From Rhizaria sp. SCN 62-66 (lineage: Eukaryota): a DNA stretch of 64,000 bases. Of the stretch, positions 1 through 11,514 are shown in pieces. Both the position numbers and the translations under genes were made by a program. The stretch spans positions 1 to 64,000 of the forward strand of contig MEDY01000093.1 in the NCBI GenBank assembly GCA_001724265.1. Reading direction: 5' to 3'. Positions within the stretch are counted from its first letter, which is position 1; the number at the start of each line of letters is the position of its first letter. Below the pieces are notes generated by a model. That model ran no database searches and was not told where the DNA came from. It saw only the letters and a list, made by a program, of their open reading frames with translations.

Positions 1-726
1 TCATGTGGTAATCTAGGGATGTTTATTGGGGATGGGGGGTGCCTCAACATCACAAACATGTGGGGTGGGAGAGGCAAACGGCCCAATTCGCGACCCCCGA
101 GTTATAGAAATGATTGATACACAGGCGAAACCAACGATTGAAGAGACAGAATTAAGGTTTCGCAAATAAACATAGCCTGGAATGCTACGCCCACATTCCA
201 GGGCATTTGACGATACACTTATACAGATTTAGCATCATTTTTTGCACGGCGTGGATGATGATGTGGTTGTTGGACTATGGTCTTGGGCTCTGTAAAAAGG
301 CCCCCATAGAGTTTTGTCATGACGTAAGTTGCAGTTTGACAGGGCATTACTTAGTCAATAGTAGCCGTGAATATAGCTATGGAATATTTGTACTCATGAA
401 CAAGTTTTACACCGTGAACTCGTTGTTTACTTCATGCCCAGCCACAACGCGAGTGAAGAAAGCCACGACTGGCTCATATTCGTCGCATACACGGGGTTTT
501 CTGGTCATCTATTCCACTATGCATGCGAATTATAGCTACAAAATTCGATAATATCCACATTTTATGCATGTTAACGCGTGAATGTCACGTGTACACTGTT
601 GTATCTAACAATTCATTTTTCTCCTTGGCTGCCTTTGCTAGGTCCAGCTTCTGTCCACACACCCGATGCCCTTGATTGATCCCGATGCGTCGCGGCAGTG
701 ATTAACATTAACACACGACACTGCCA

Positions 727-2190
727 ATGGCTACTTTATTGTGGTATGGGTCTTTCTATATGGCGCTTGCGGACTTGATGTCAACCGCGACGGCGCTTGC
801 TGGAGTTCAAAAACTGAAGTAGCTCAGTGCGACCGAGGACAGCGACAGGCCGGGGGATATCGCGGCAGCGTGCCTCGAACACGGCGTGCTTGACTGGCTT
901 CTACAGTCATTGGAGTACTCCGCTGACGCAGACGAGTTCGATCGCTTGATGGAAACGCTCTCAGTCCTAGTCAACCTGTCCATCGCGTCTGGGGGAAGCG
1001 CCGCGCTCATTCAGTGTGGCGCTCCGGAGAAGCTGTGTCGTCTGCTCAACCTTGACCAGCCGGATGAGGTTATCAACAACGCGCTCTGGACGGTATGCAA
1101 CATTTCTAGCGAGAGGGATGAGTTTGCCCTCACGCTCATCGAGCGCGGCGTGTTCTTTCACGTGTGCCAGTATATGGCAGAGTTATTCGACGATGACGCC
1201 GTCGAGGTTCACGAGAACGTGCGCGCACTTCTCTTGCAGGTGGTGTCTCAGTTTCTCCAAGTAGAGCCGCCGCTGCGTTACAGCGTCACGGCGCCGATTG
1301 TGCCGCAGCTTGCGTCCGCACTGCGCTACTTTTCCAGCATGTCGGATCAAGAACAAGCACTCACAGATACGCTGTGGTCACTGTTGTCGGTCTTCAATGC
1401 TCAGAGCGAGGGCGTGCGCTTCGAGGACCTTCTGTCCGGTGGTGCCAGCAGTCTCTTGACCGCTGCGCTTGAACTGTTGCCCCGGAGCAGCGCGACGTGC
1501 CGGCCCGCGCTGCTCATCGCCATCGAGGTCGCCGGACTTGGCGGCGAGACGCTAGAGCGCGTCTTCACGCCGTTCGTGCTGGCGCATCTGCGGCAATTAG
1601 CTATCGTGATAAATCAATTTGAAGGTAACTTACTGAACGATTTGCTGTCACTGCTGTCGGTTCTGACGAGTGATGCGCCGGAGATGGTGTTCCGTGTGCT
1701 TGAGTCGAACGTGCTGCAGAGGCTCATGCAGCCCTTGCCCGCACTGCAGCGCGGCGGCGATGCGTCGGGCGGGCTGTGGCTTATGGTGACCGAGCTGTCG
1801 TGGGTGCTGCTCAACGTGGTGACCACGTCCGCGCAGTAGGACGGCGACCAGGAATATATGGCGAGTGCACTGCTCGACGCTGGCGTCGTGCAGTTCTGTG
1901 CGCACGCGCTGGATGCCGCAGCTGCTGCGTCATCGCCGCCGCCTGACAAGACGCTGAGCCGGCTGCTCCAAATCGTGCATGCAGTGCTTATGCTTGGCGA
2001 GTCGGGAGCAAACGCCGCCGCTCAGGCCGAGGGCGCTTAGCGCCGTAACGAGTTCCTGGTGGCGTTTGTCGCTGCTGGCGGTGCTGCTGCTCTGGAGGAG
2101 CTGATGAAGAATGAACAGGCCTGTGCCGACGCGTTGGATGACGCCATTGAGCTGAAAGAGCTGATGGAACAGCTCTTGGAAGAGCAATGA
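727..2190 (+). CDS. ARM-repeat protein, divergent importin-alpha-like; contains 3 in-frame TAG codons
   Basis: One frame runs from ATG 727 (alternatives 760, 778) through TAG at 820-822, 1837-1839 and 2038-2040 to TGA 2188-2190. It joins track ORFs 886..1839 and 1858..2040 plus a tail (RRNEFLVAFVAAGGAAALEELM...LLEEQ). ARM-like motifs: NALWTVCNIS, LTDTLWSL, ELSWVLLNV. The start is uncertain and an upstream exon is possible. Confidence 0.7.
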
Positions 2191-2798
2191 CGCATAGTTT
2201 GTCCATACAGGTGCGGGATAGATGCCAATGCATACCACAATTTCGACATCGGAACTCAATTTTATAACTAAAGTAGTATAGGGTAGAAGCGGTACTCTAA
2301 ATGTAGATTTTGTATTTTTAATGTTTAAACAAGATGTTTTATTGTTGAATTCGTCTGCTATTTTAAGTTGATTGTGGTCACTGTGCGAAGTGAGCGCGGA
2401 GTTGCAGTAATAGATGAACAGTGCGTGCGTTTTTCTCCTTATTTCCGGAGTTATTGTTTTTATTCACTTGAGTCTTTACAGTTTGCGAGATGTACAGTAC
2501 ACTCGCCAGCTTGTTGTTGATGCTTTAATACGATTCGTCTGTGCGACTTCAAGTTGATCCAACTTAAAGAAAAGTTGTCACTTAATTTGAATTGACACCA
2601 GAATCCAATATTATGAGAACATCTTTGTGTTGTTTTGATATTTTCGTTATTGCATTCTATGCGATATTTGATATGATATAAGCTCTGACCGTGAATCTTC
2701 TGTGGTGTTCTGGATAATGCTTTGCTAGACCCAACAAGCGTTGTGCTTCATTCACGAGCTCATAGACTTGTGAAGGAACACTTCTCTGAGTTAAAACA

Positions 2799-4178
2799 AT
2801 GTCTCAGGAGCTTAGACCGCGATTAACGCCGGCACAAACGTATCTTGCGAGTTTCTTGTGCGGGGCTGGCTGTTTCGCGGCGTTGATGTGGGCATCCCCG
2901 ACCCGCTCTGTATGGGGCACGCTCGGCTGGTCACTGTTGGCTGCCTATGTGCCATCATACTTTGACGGAACCGAGAGCACAGTGCAAGGTCGCTACTGGC
3001 CCGCATTCACAAAGCTATCTTTTTGGCGCTACTTTCACAAGTACCACTCTGTGCGTCACATCTTCACCGCGCAAACAGATCCTGAGTGCCAGTACATCAT
3101 CACCTCTCATCCCCACGGCACACTATCGCTGTACGTCATTCGCTCTAACCCGCGCCAAATCGCTGTTTAATTAGTAAAATACTCTGTCATAAAACCCATC
3201 ATGTGTGATATGCAGCTTCAAGTGACACTCACACGCCTACACCAATCATTCTTCGCTTCGTCATTACTCATCTGTCATAGCCACCACTGGACGTACGTGA
3301 CGGGACCCGAGTTCCAGGCGCGCTTCCCCGGCGCGCGGCGGCGCCACGTAGGGTCGTCACTAGTCTTCCATATCCCGTTGTACCGCGACTTTATGCTCTG
3401 GGGCGGGCTCGTTGACGCGCCCGCGCCCGTGGCCCGCGCCGTGCTGCGCGCGGGTTTCACTCTACTTTCGTTGCTGGGCGGCATTGCAGAGCAGACGCGC
3501 ACAGACCCCGCGCGCCACCTCGTCATTGTCATGACCCGCCCCGGTACGTGCCTCTGTATTATTGTACACACTTACGCGTGCTTGTTCGACACAAACTTTC
3601 TTCACTCTCACTCTCCGCTGTTTGTTTTCACATCACACACCCGTACCAATTACGAACCTAGGCATCTTCCGTTTATCACTGCAGCACGGGGTGCCAATCG
3701 TGCCCGCATACTGCTTCGGCGAGAACGCGCTGATGAGCGTTTCGCGCGTTGGTGCCACAGCGCGCGCGCAGCTTAGCGACCGTTGGCGCGTGCCGCTGTG
3801 CATCGCGTGGGGCCGCTGGGGTTTGCCGCTGCCGCACCGTGTGCCGCTCACGGCCGTCTTTGGGGCACCGCTGGAGGTTGGCGCACCCATCGAGAAGTAC
3901 GTCACAGGCTGCTCTCAGAAGAAAATGTTGTTCGCCATAACCTTGACTGCTACGATTTGTGGTATATTCGTTAATACTCTTGTGATATCGGAGCCTGCCT
4001 TTCTCCAAGCGAGTTCAATTAGTTTTTCACACTCGTTATCACATTTTATTGTTCTTGCAGGCCGACTCATGAAGATATTGCTGCATTGCAGCAGCGTTAC
4101 GCGGCGGAGTTGCAACGCATTTTCAACCTTTACAAGCGCGAGGCGGGCTACCCAGACGCTGAGCTTGAGATCCAGTGA
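2799..4178 (+). CDS. Diacylglycerol/monoacylglycerol acyltransferase (DGAT2/MOGAT family), 4 exons
   Basis: Exons 2799-3130, 3281-3543, 3662-3896 and 4061-4178 join in frame via GT-AG introns. Motifs: HPHG, GGIAE, RPGIFRLSLQHGVPIVPAYCFGEN, PLPHRVPLTAVFGAP. Ends in TGA. Confidence 0.9.
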
Positions 4179-4400
4179 CCTGTAACAACGCAGGTCCGCT
4201 GCGGACCCATGTGATGTTCAGTTATCATCGAAAAGACGAATTGATAAGGCCAATGTATGTATTATTCCAACAAACAGACACACACCATACACGACAAGCA
4301 CTAAATAAGTGTCAAATCACACACATGAACTCTAAGTAAATGGAGATCGCACACACACCACCATCTCTTGTAGAGTCCTGTTCCTCGCTACGCTCAAGCG

Positions 4401-4498
4401 ACAAGCTCACATAACAAGCTCATACAGCAAGCTTACGTGACGATCCCACTTGATGAGGCCGCCTAATGAGGTCGCCTGATGCGCTCACTTGATGAGGT
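4401..4498. repeat. Two adjacent degenerate 13-nt tandem repeats
   Basis: 4401-4439: acaagctcacata/acaagctcataca/gcaagcttacgtg. 4447-4498: cacttgatgaggc/cgcctaatgaggt/cgcctgatgcgct/cacttgatgaggt. The last unit overlaps the SDR stop codon. Confidence 0.7.
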
Positions 4499-5804
4499 CC
4501 CAGTGCGCGCAGTCCTTGCTGTTGAGTCCCATGTGCTCGAGCAGCCAGAGGCAGTGGGCCCAGAAGCGCTCGGCCGCCTCGTCGTCGCCGGCGGCGGCGC
4601 TCATGGCGCAGACGCGAGCGTCCATGTGCAGCTGCCCGGGTTGCGCCGCGGCGGCGGGCCCTAGCGCGGCGACGGCGGCGGAGTGCGCGTCGCGCGCGGC
4701 GGGCGCGGCGGCGGGTAGCGCCGCGAGTGCGCAGTGGAGCGTCGTGCGCGCGCCCTCCTCGGCAGACTTAAACGCGCAGTAAGCCAACGGACCGAAGAGC
4801 AGCGGCACAATGAGGTACACGCCGCACGGCGAGTCGTGGTAAAAAGGCATGTGGAAGGGCGTCCACACGGTGCCAGGGTGCACCGACATGGCCGCCGCGC
4901 GCGCGCCGCCGGGCGCGCCCAACGCAGAGTTGCGTGCCAGCGCGCGGTCGATACGAAACTGCACGGCGCGCGCAAGCCACAGCGAGGCGAGCTTGCCCGT
5001 CGCATACGCCGCAGGCGGGTCCCAGCGCCGCGCGTCGGTGACGTTGAACGTCTCCCCCGCGGGGCCCGGCTTGGCCGAGAGGTGGATCGCTGAAGAAAGC
5101 GTCACCACGCGCGTCGCGCTGCGCAGGATCAGCGGAAAGAGCAGCGACACGAGTAAGAAGTGGCCCAGCGCGTTAGTTGCGAAGGCCACGTCGACGGGGC
5201 GGTCGGGCGCGGCGTCGGCCACGAGCGCGGGCCGCGAGAGCATGGCGCCTGCGTTGCACACGAGCACATCCAGCGGGCAGCCGCGCGCCAGGTAGTCCTG
5301 CGCAAAGCGGCGCACGGACGCAAGCTTGGTGACGTCCAGGTCGGCTATGTCGACGAGCGCGGCAACCTCCTTGCTCGACAGCGCGAGCTCGATCGCCAGC
5401 GCCGCGACGGTTGAGCGCGCCTTGTCGGCGTTGCGCACGGCCAGCGTCACGTGCATGCCGCGGCGGATGAACTCCTTGACAGTCTCCAGCCCGATGCCCG
5501 AGGTGGCACCCGTGACGATGGCGCGCACGGGGCGGCCCGCGGCGGCGAACATGTTGTCGTGGCGCGGGTTGAGCACGTAACTGGCCGACGTGTGGCCGAC
5601 GCCCAGATACCGGGTCAGCCCGGCACCCACGGGGATGACGATCCCGAGGGCAACGCTCAGCCCGCTCGTCTTGTACAGATACACGCTGAGAGCAACGGTC
5701 GCGATGAACACAAGCGCTGCGTGTACCTCGGACATGCGCACGAGGAAGGCAAAGCCTGATCGGGGTGACTCGTACGTGCACCCCACTGGCTTTCCGTACT
5801 TCAT
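4485..5804 (-). CDS. Short-chain dehydrogenase/reductase (retinol dehydrogenase/WWOX-like) with N-terminal hydrophobic segments
   Basis: Motifs IVTGATSGIG (TGxxxGxG), LDVLVCNAG, NALGHFLL, YATGK (YxxxK) and SVHPG. TGA stop. The start may be Met at 5735. Confidence 0.9.
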   Translation of the reverse strand: MKYGKPVGCTYESPRSGFAFLVRMSEVHAALVFIATVALSVYLYKTSGLSVALGIVIPVGAGLTRYLGVGHTSASYVLNPRHDNMFAAAGRPVRAIVTGATSGIGLETVKEFIRRGMHVTLAVRNADKARSTVAALAIELALSSKEVAALVDIADLDVTKLASVRRFAQDYLARGCPLDVLVCNAGAMLSRPALVADAAPDRPVDVAFATNALGHFLLVSLLFPLILRSATRVVTLSSAIHLSAKPGPAGETFNVTDARRWDPPAAYATGKLASLWLARAVQFRIDRALARNSALGAPGGARAAAMSVHPGTVWTPFHMPFYHDSPCGVYLIVPLLFGPLAYCAFKSAEEGARTTLHCALAALPAAAPAARDAHSAAVAALGPAAAAQPGQLHMDARVCAMSAAAGDDEAAERFWAHCLWLLEHMGLNSKDCAHWDLIK

Positions 5805-6562
5805 TATGGGGTCACAAGTCTAAATAATTGAAGAATAGATTTAAGAAGTAAGGCTATAAGATTACGAAAATATGCGAAATTATGTCAGCATACACAAGGA
5901 CGAATATTGGAGCGCTGGGTGTACTGCCAAAGTGAGCCTTGTCAAGTCATTCCTCGGCCATTTTTTTTAGGAACCGCGTGTCCGCGCATACGATTTTTTG
6001 ACCAGGTGACCTTTGCTAGAACATCTTTGACACCTTCCAAAAGGGGCCGTTGGAAAATAACTCTTAATGCACCACTACTCAGCCGGTGCAGACATTGTAT
6101 GCTCAATTAGATTCCTCGTTACAGTATACCTACAGCCCTCTACGAGTCTCAGATATGAACACGGCTGGATGACGTGAAGACGTGATCTCGGACTCCTTGG
6201 GAGAACAGTTTCTCAGTGCACCCTTCGTCAATAGCCATATATCAGTGTCACAGAGAAATTAATTGCAATGTTATTTGTTGATCATTGATACCAACCGCTA
6301 CATCATGCATATATCGATGTCAATTTCTGTTTCTATGAAGTGACCGTTTAACGGTTAGGAACGCCTCTTGACCTTCAATGTTTCGCTCTTCTGTCTTGGT
6401 CTGCTCACTCTCTTGCTCTTACCCCGAATCCAATTTGGTGCTTTCAATAGAACTCTTCTCTACAAAAGAGGAGCTTTTGTTCTTGGCGCGCTTTCGTATC
6501 CCCCCTTATAGCAGAGGCAAGCTTCGGTAGTCGACGACGCAAACGCCCAACGAAAGACACTC

Positions 6563-9500
6563 ATGGCGACTCGGGATGAAGTCGTGACGCGGTGCCGCGA
6601 GGCGCTGACGGTGATGTACTCGGCCACGGTAGAGTTCGATACGCGCGCCGAGGCGAACCGCTACCTGACTTGGGTGTCGGACCAGCCCATCGCGTGGGAA
6701 GTGCTGGATCAGCTGCTCACGCAGTCTGACCTGCAGATGCAGCACTACTTCTGGACGGCAAACTTGCTGCTGTCGTGTCTCCAACGGCGTTTCCGCGAGC
6801 TGCCTTCGGCGCCCGTGCGCGCGGCGTTCCGTGACTCGCTGCTCTCACACCTGGACCGTTTTCTTCCCTCGCCGTACGCGCAGGTGACGGCGCGACTGGC
6901 GCGCTGCGTGGGCGTGCTCGTGTACCACCTCTCGGCCGCGGGCGAGTGGCCCACCGCTGTGCCGGACCTCTGCGTGCGCTACAGTCAGGGCCCCGCGCTG
7001 ACGGCGCTTGTTGAGGCGCTGACGATGGCGGCCGAGATGTGCATATCGTCGCGCGCACACATCGTCGTCACTGCCGAGGTCGCGGCGGCGCTGCCCGGCG
7101 CGTCCCGCGGCAAGCTGCGGCGCCACGTGCGCCACACCGCGCTGGCCGCGCTGAGCGCCGAGTCGGCGCGCGTGCTCGACGTGCTGTCGCAGCTGCTGCA
7201 GGCGACGCAGGAAGTGCCTGTGCAGAACACCGTGTTCCGCTGTCTGGCCGAGTGGGCTGGAGCCGGCTGCGTCGACATCGCATCGTTCCAGACGCACGCG
7301 CTCTTCCCCGCGCTCTTCGACGCCGTGCGCGTGCCCGCGCTTACGGTCGCAGTTTCAGACACGCTCGCGGGGCTGCTCGCGCAGGTCGCCTCGGCTGCGC
7401 GCAACGGCAAGATCGAGCTGGAGCCGCTGCTCGTGCGCGTCGCTTCGGCCGCGCTGCCGCTGCTGCCTTATCTGCACTCGCTCGTCGCCGAGGGCTCTTT
7501 CGCCGAAGCCGCAGCGCTGGGCAGCATCTTCACCGAGCTGGCGCACGCGTCGGTGGACTACATCGCGCCGTGCGGCCCCGCGCCGGGCCCCAGCGGTGAC
7601 TTCGGGCTGGCCGTGCTCGACGCCGCCGTGCAGGTCGCAGAGGCGCGCCCGGCGCCCGGCTCCGAGGCCGAGACCGAGTCCGACGGCGCGGCCGTGGGGC
7701 CCGGCGCCGTGACTGCGGTGACCTTCACGTTCTGGCGCGCGATCGGGAACCTGGTGGACGACATCATGGGCGAAGTGCTGCGCTCGCGCGATCACGCCGA
7801 GCGCGCAGGCAGGCTCGAGGAGGTGGCAGAGGCGCGGGCCCACGCAGAGATTGCCGAGGCGCGCATGGCGCAGCTGGCGCCGCTGCTGGGCCGCGCCGTG
7901 GCCGCGCTGGTGGCGACGATGCAGTTCCCGGGCGACGCGCACGAGCGCCCTGACGGCGAGCTGAGCGAAGTGCGCGACCACCGCAAGGCGGCCGCATCGG
8001 CCATGGTGCACCTCGTCGAGTGCCTGGGGCTGCGCGCGGCGATGCAGGTTGTGGGCCCGCTCGCCGCCGAGGGGCTGCAGGCCTACACGCGCGGCGCGCA
8101 GACGGGCGCTGGGTGGCAGATGCTCGAGGCCGCGCTCTACGCCGTGCGCATGGGGATGAGGCTGCAGGGCCAGACGTCGAGCCGCGCCGAACGCGAAGCC
8201 ATCGCGCCCATGCTGGCGCTCATCATGGAGATGCGCGCAGTACTCGCGGCGGCGCGTCCTGCGGCCGAGGCGCAGGGCGCGAACTCGCCCGCCGGCTTCG
8301 GGTATGATTCGGTGCGGTACACGGCGACGCTGGTGCTGGGCCAGTACGCGCACCTGATCGACTCTGACGCCGCACTGGCCGCCACGCTGGGCTTCATCGC
8401 CGAGGGCGTGTCCGCCAAGGGTGTCGCGGGCGCGTCGGCCACGGCGCTGCGTAACCTGTCGGACGTGTTGGCGCCTGAGCTGGCGACGACGAGTCTGACT
8501 GCTGTGTACGAGGTCTACGACATGCTGCCGTTGCTGGGCCGCGACGCGCAGAAGGACGTGCTCACGGCCGTGGTCAACGTCACGGCCGCGCTGCCCGACG
8601 CTGAGGCCTTTGTGTCGGGGCTGCGGCTCGTGCTGGGCCGGCTCGTCGACGCGCTGACCAACATCCTCGCCGCGGGCGTGCCTGACGCCGCGAATACAGT
8701 GACTGTGCTGCAGCTGCTGGCGCGCGCTGTCGAGGCCGTGAACCCGCGGTACACGGCGGATCCGCCGACGGTGATGGCGATCGTCGTTAACGCCGTGCAG
8801 GCGCTGGCTCCTTCGCTCGAGACGGTGATCAAGCACTACTCGGCGGACCAGGACGTCACCGAGGCCGTGGTGGCCATTTGGCGCACGACGATGAACGTAT
8901 GCGGGCGCCACTCGTGGCCCATCGCGCCCGAGCTGTGCACTGCGGCGTGCAACTTCTTCGACGCGCGGCCGCTGTCGGCGTACGTCTACCTCGCGGACCG
9001 CTTTATCGCGCTCTTCGCATCGCCGGACCACGAACGCGACGGAGTCACAGTGCCCTTCGACGGCCACCAGTACGCAGTCACGCTGCTCGAGTTTTTTGCG
9101 CAGCGCGTGCCTGCGCTGCTGCTGCAGTGGGGCTCGGTGGACGAGCACCCCGAGATCATTGACGACTTTGTGTCGCTGGGCATGACGTCGCTGCGCCACT
9201 GCCCCGACACGTTTCTGTCGCTGCAGCCAGTCGTCGCGGCCATCACGCAGACGGCGCGCCAGGCGCTCGTGGCCACGCACAAGGACGCGCACCACGCCGC
9301 CGTGCGCTACTACGATACCGTATTCACGCGCGCCATCGTGCAGGGGCAGGCGGGCGCGCCCGTGACGCCGCAGCTGGCGACGCTGCTCGCGCTCGCGCGC
9401 TCCGAGGCCCAATTCGTCTTCGTCGAGACCATCGCCTCCGCTGGCGGCTCACGCGCCCTGGGCGTTTCGCTCTTCGGCGTCGGACTCGCCGTGACCGCGC

Positions 9501-9739
9501 TCAACGTGTGTAGCGAGCTCGCCGGCGCGCCAGCGCCCGCCTGCTCGCCCGCGCTGCGCTCGCCTGCGCAGGTCATCGAGAGCCTCCTCGCGGACCCGCG
9601 GCTGGCGGCGCTTGACACGGCCGCGTTGCGCGCCGAGGTCGCCGCCGCAGGCACTGACCGCCCGCAGCTGCGCCGCGCGTTTGCGCACATCATGCACGCG
9701 CTTAAGGGCGAGGAGTTCGAGGACGACAACGACTGGTGA
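6563..9739 (+). CDS. Importin-beta family HEAT-repeat transport receptor (transportin-3/importin-13-like)
   Basis: 1058 aa helical protein. N-terminal RAEANRYLTW..AWEVLDQLL resembles IBN_N; also WQMLEAALY and EHPEIIDDF. TGA stop. Confidence 0.75.
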   Translation: MATRDEVVTRCREALTVMYSATVEFDTRAEANRYLTWVSDQPIAWEVLDQLLTQSDLQMQHYFWTANLLLSCLQRRFRELPSAPVRAAFRDSLLSHLDRFLPSPYAQVTARLARCVGVLVYHLSAAGEWPTAVPDLCVRYSQGPALTALVEALTMAAEMCISSRAHIVVTAEVAAALPGASRGKLRRHVRHTALAALSAESARVLDVLSQLLQATQEVPVQNTVFRCLAEWAGAGCVDIASFQTHALFPALFDAVRVPALTVAVSDTLAGLLAQVASAARNGKIELEPLLVRVASAALPLLPYLHSLVAEGSFAEAAALGSIFTELAHASVDYIAPCGPAPGPSGDFGLAVLDAAVQVAEARPAPGSEAETESDGAAVGPGAVTAVTFTFWRAIGNLVDDIMGEVLRSRDHAERAGRLEEVAEARAHAEIAEARMAQLAPLLGRAVAALVATMQFPGDAHERPDGELSEVRDHRKAAASAMVHLVECLGLRAAMQVVGPLAAEGLQAYTRGAQTGAGWQMLEAALYAVRMGMRLQGQTSSRAEREAIAPMLALIMEMRAVLAAARPAAEAQGANSPAGFGYDSVRYTATLVLGQYAHLIDSDAALAATLGFIAEGVSAKGVAGASATALRNLSDVLAPELATTSLTAVYEVYDMLPLLGRDAQKDVLTAVVNVTAALPDAEAFVSGLRLVLGRLVDALTNILAAGVPDAANTVTVLQLLARAVEAVNPRYTADPPTVMAIVVNAVQALAPSLETVIKHYSADQDVTEAVVAIWRTTMNVCGRHSWPIAPELCTAACNFFDARPLSAYVYLADRFIALFASPDHERDGVTVPFDGHQYAVTLLEFFAQRVPALLLQWGSVDEHPEIIDDFVSLGMTSLRHCPDTFLSLQPVVAAITQTARQALVATHKDAHHAAVRYYDTVFTRAIVQGQAGAPVTPQLATLLALARSEAQFVFVETIASAGGSRALGVSLFGVGLAVTALNVCSELAGAPAPACSPALRSPAQVIESLLADPRLAALDTAALRAEVAAAGTDRPQLRRAFAHIMHALKGEEFEDDNDW

Positions 9740-10165
9740 GTGCGCTGCGCCGCGGGTGGTGCGGTGACTGGTTGTCAGCGTGTACTTTTGCAATGATTAA
9801 ACTCACGCACGGTTAAATGTGTCGAGGTCAGAGTGTAAGGCCACTGGTTGAGTGTACAAACAACTGGAGGTAATACAAAAGAAACATTATTATACGTGTT
9901 TCAAGTGTGTGCTAACGTGACAACATGTGTATTTTGAAATATGTTGCTTAATTTCTGAGTATTTTCCTACGTAGTATTCAAGAATGACCTTTGTTAAATG
10001 GCCTTATCAGATATGACTTCAGTGCATATTTGGCGGCTTCTCTAAAGCATTTACGTCGTCGATTACACAATCAACACAGCGAAAGTCAGATGACGCAAAG
10101 CTGGAGTCGGAGTCATAATCATGATCGCAGAGACAGGCGATGCAGCGGCGGTCAGTCAATTCAGC

Positions 10166-10813
10166 TCAGCGGCAGCAGACGCCGGAGGGCTTCTCCTCGG
10201 GCTGCTGGTCCGCAAGCGTGATACGCGCCGCGGGCGCGGGCTCGGGCGCCGCGGGTGCGCTCTGTGCAAGGCGGCGCGTGACGCCGTGGTGGATTTGGCG
10301 CACGATCGTCTCGAACGCCGTCTTGACGTTTGTGTCGGCGAGCGCAGAGGTCTCAATGAAGAAGAGGCGGTGCTGTTTGCAAAACTCCTTGGCTTCGTCG
10401 GTCGACACCTGGCGCTGCTGGCGAAGGTCTTTCTTGTTGCCAACGAGCATGATGACGATGTTGGGGTCCGCGTGGTCGCGCAGCTGCTTGAGCCAGCGCT
10501 TGATGTTGTCAAACGAGGCGCGATTGGTGACGTCGTAGGCGATGATGCCGCCCAGCGCCGCGCGGTAGTACACCGTTGCGATCGAAAAGTACACGTCCTG
10601 CCCCATCGTGTCCCAAATCTGCGCCTTAACAACCTTGCCGTCGGCCGTGACAATGTTGCGGCTAGCGAACTCGACGCCGATCGTCGGCTTCGACTCGAGG
10701 CTGAACTCGTTCGTCGTGAAGCGAGAGATGAGGCTCGACTTGCCCACACCCGAGTCGCCCACAAGAACAATCTTGAACAGGAAATCGTACTCGACCTCCT
10801 GGGCAAGAGCCAT
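10166..10813 (-). CDS. Rab11-like small GTPase (divergent switch II)
   Basis: [49 protein letters not shown] and C-terminal CCR. ATG at 10813 follows a polypyrimidine/AG acceptor. TGA stop. Confidence 0.9.
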   Translation of the reverse strand: MALAQEVEYDFLFKIVLVGDSGVGKSSLISRFTTNEFSLESKPTIGVEFASRNIVTADGKVVKAQIWDTMGQDVYFSIATVYYRAALGGIIAYDVTNRASFDNIKRWLKQLRDHADPNIVIMLVGNKKDLRQQRQVSTDEAKEFCKQHRLFFIETSALADTNVKTAFETIVRQIHHGVTRRLAQSAPAAPEPAPAARITLADQQPEEKPSGVCCR

Positions 10814-11514
10814 CCTGCTGTCTATTGAGAAAAAAACAGTATCGTAAAAGTGCAGTTTTGATAACGCTGTGAGCAAAGATAGTTCACACGCGGGTCGTTC
10901 TGAGACTCCAGGCCAGAGGGTGATTCGAAGCCCTGACGAGCAGGTACAGACGCAGATTTAAGAAGTAGTAATAAAATGAATGATCATATTTACAAAAACA
11001 CCATGTATACACCCATTCACACTCTCTCAAATGGTCGTTGGCGCTGGTAACCCTAGTCGGATTTTGGGTCGACGTCGAGCCGGCCAACTACGTGTCCCTT
11101 CAGTAGCACCATTGCATGTGGTCACATCGTGTAAATCGAGTTTCTAACATGAGGATTGTCATGGGTGAATTTGAGTTTAAAGTATATCATGTGAAAGTTA
11201 GCGTTACAGAAAAAAGTCGTTGTATTTATCATCATGGGGACTGTGTATCAAGTCACAAAGACTTTGAAAGCAAGTGCTGTTCGTGAGAGTAACGAATCTT
11301 GCTTCGAGTGCAAGTCACGGTCTGACCAAGCAGAAGTGATTCTGACAAATTCGGAGAAGGCGAACTCAAAAGTAAAAATAGGAAAGTCAACAAAGCATAC
11401 ACAATTATGAGGTCTGTTGTTGTTATCGTTGCCGGTACGGCGCGCGCCCAGGCCATGCGTGTCACTCGATCGATGTGATATGGTCGTCTCAGCTGTGTTT
11501 AGCCGTGAATTATC

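Noticed and set aside
207-551. 114-aa ORF and other short ORFs in AT-rich spacers
   Set aside because: TTG start, no coding-like GC bias and no recognisable motifs.
7355-9412. Long antisense or alternate-frame ORFs (also 49285..50952, 19562..20596, 37742..38977, 59052..60296)
   Set aside because: These are shadow ORFs caused by high GC and strong codon bias in the real genes, with no recognisable motifs.
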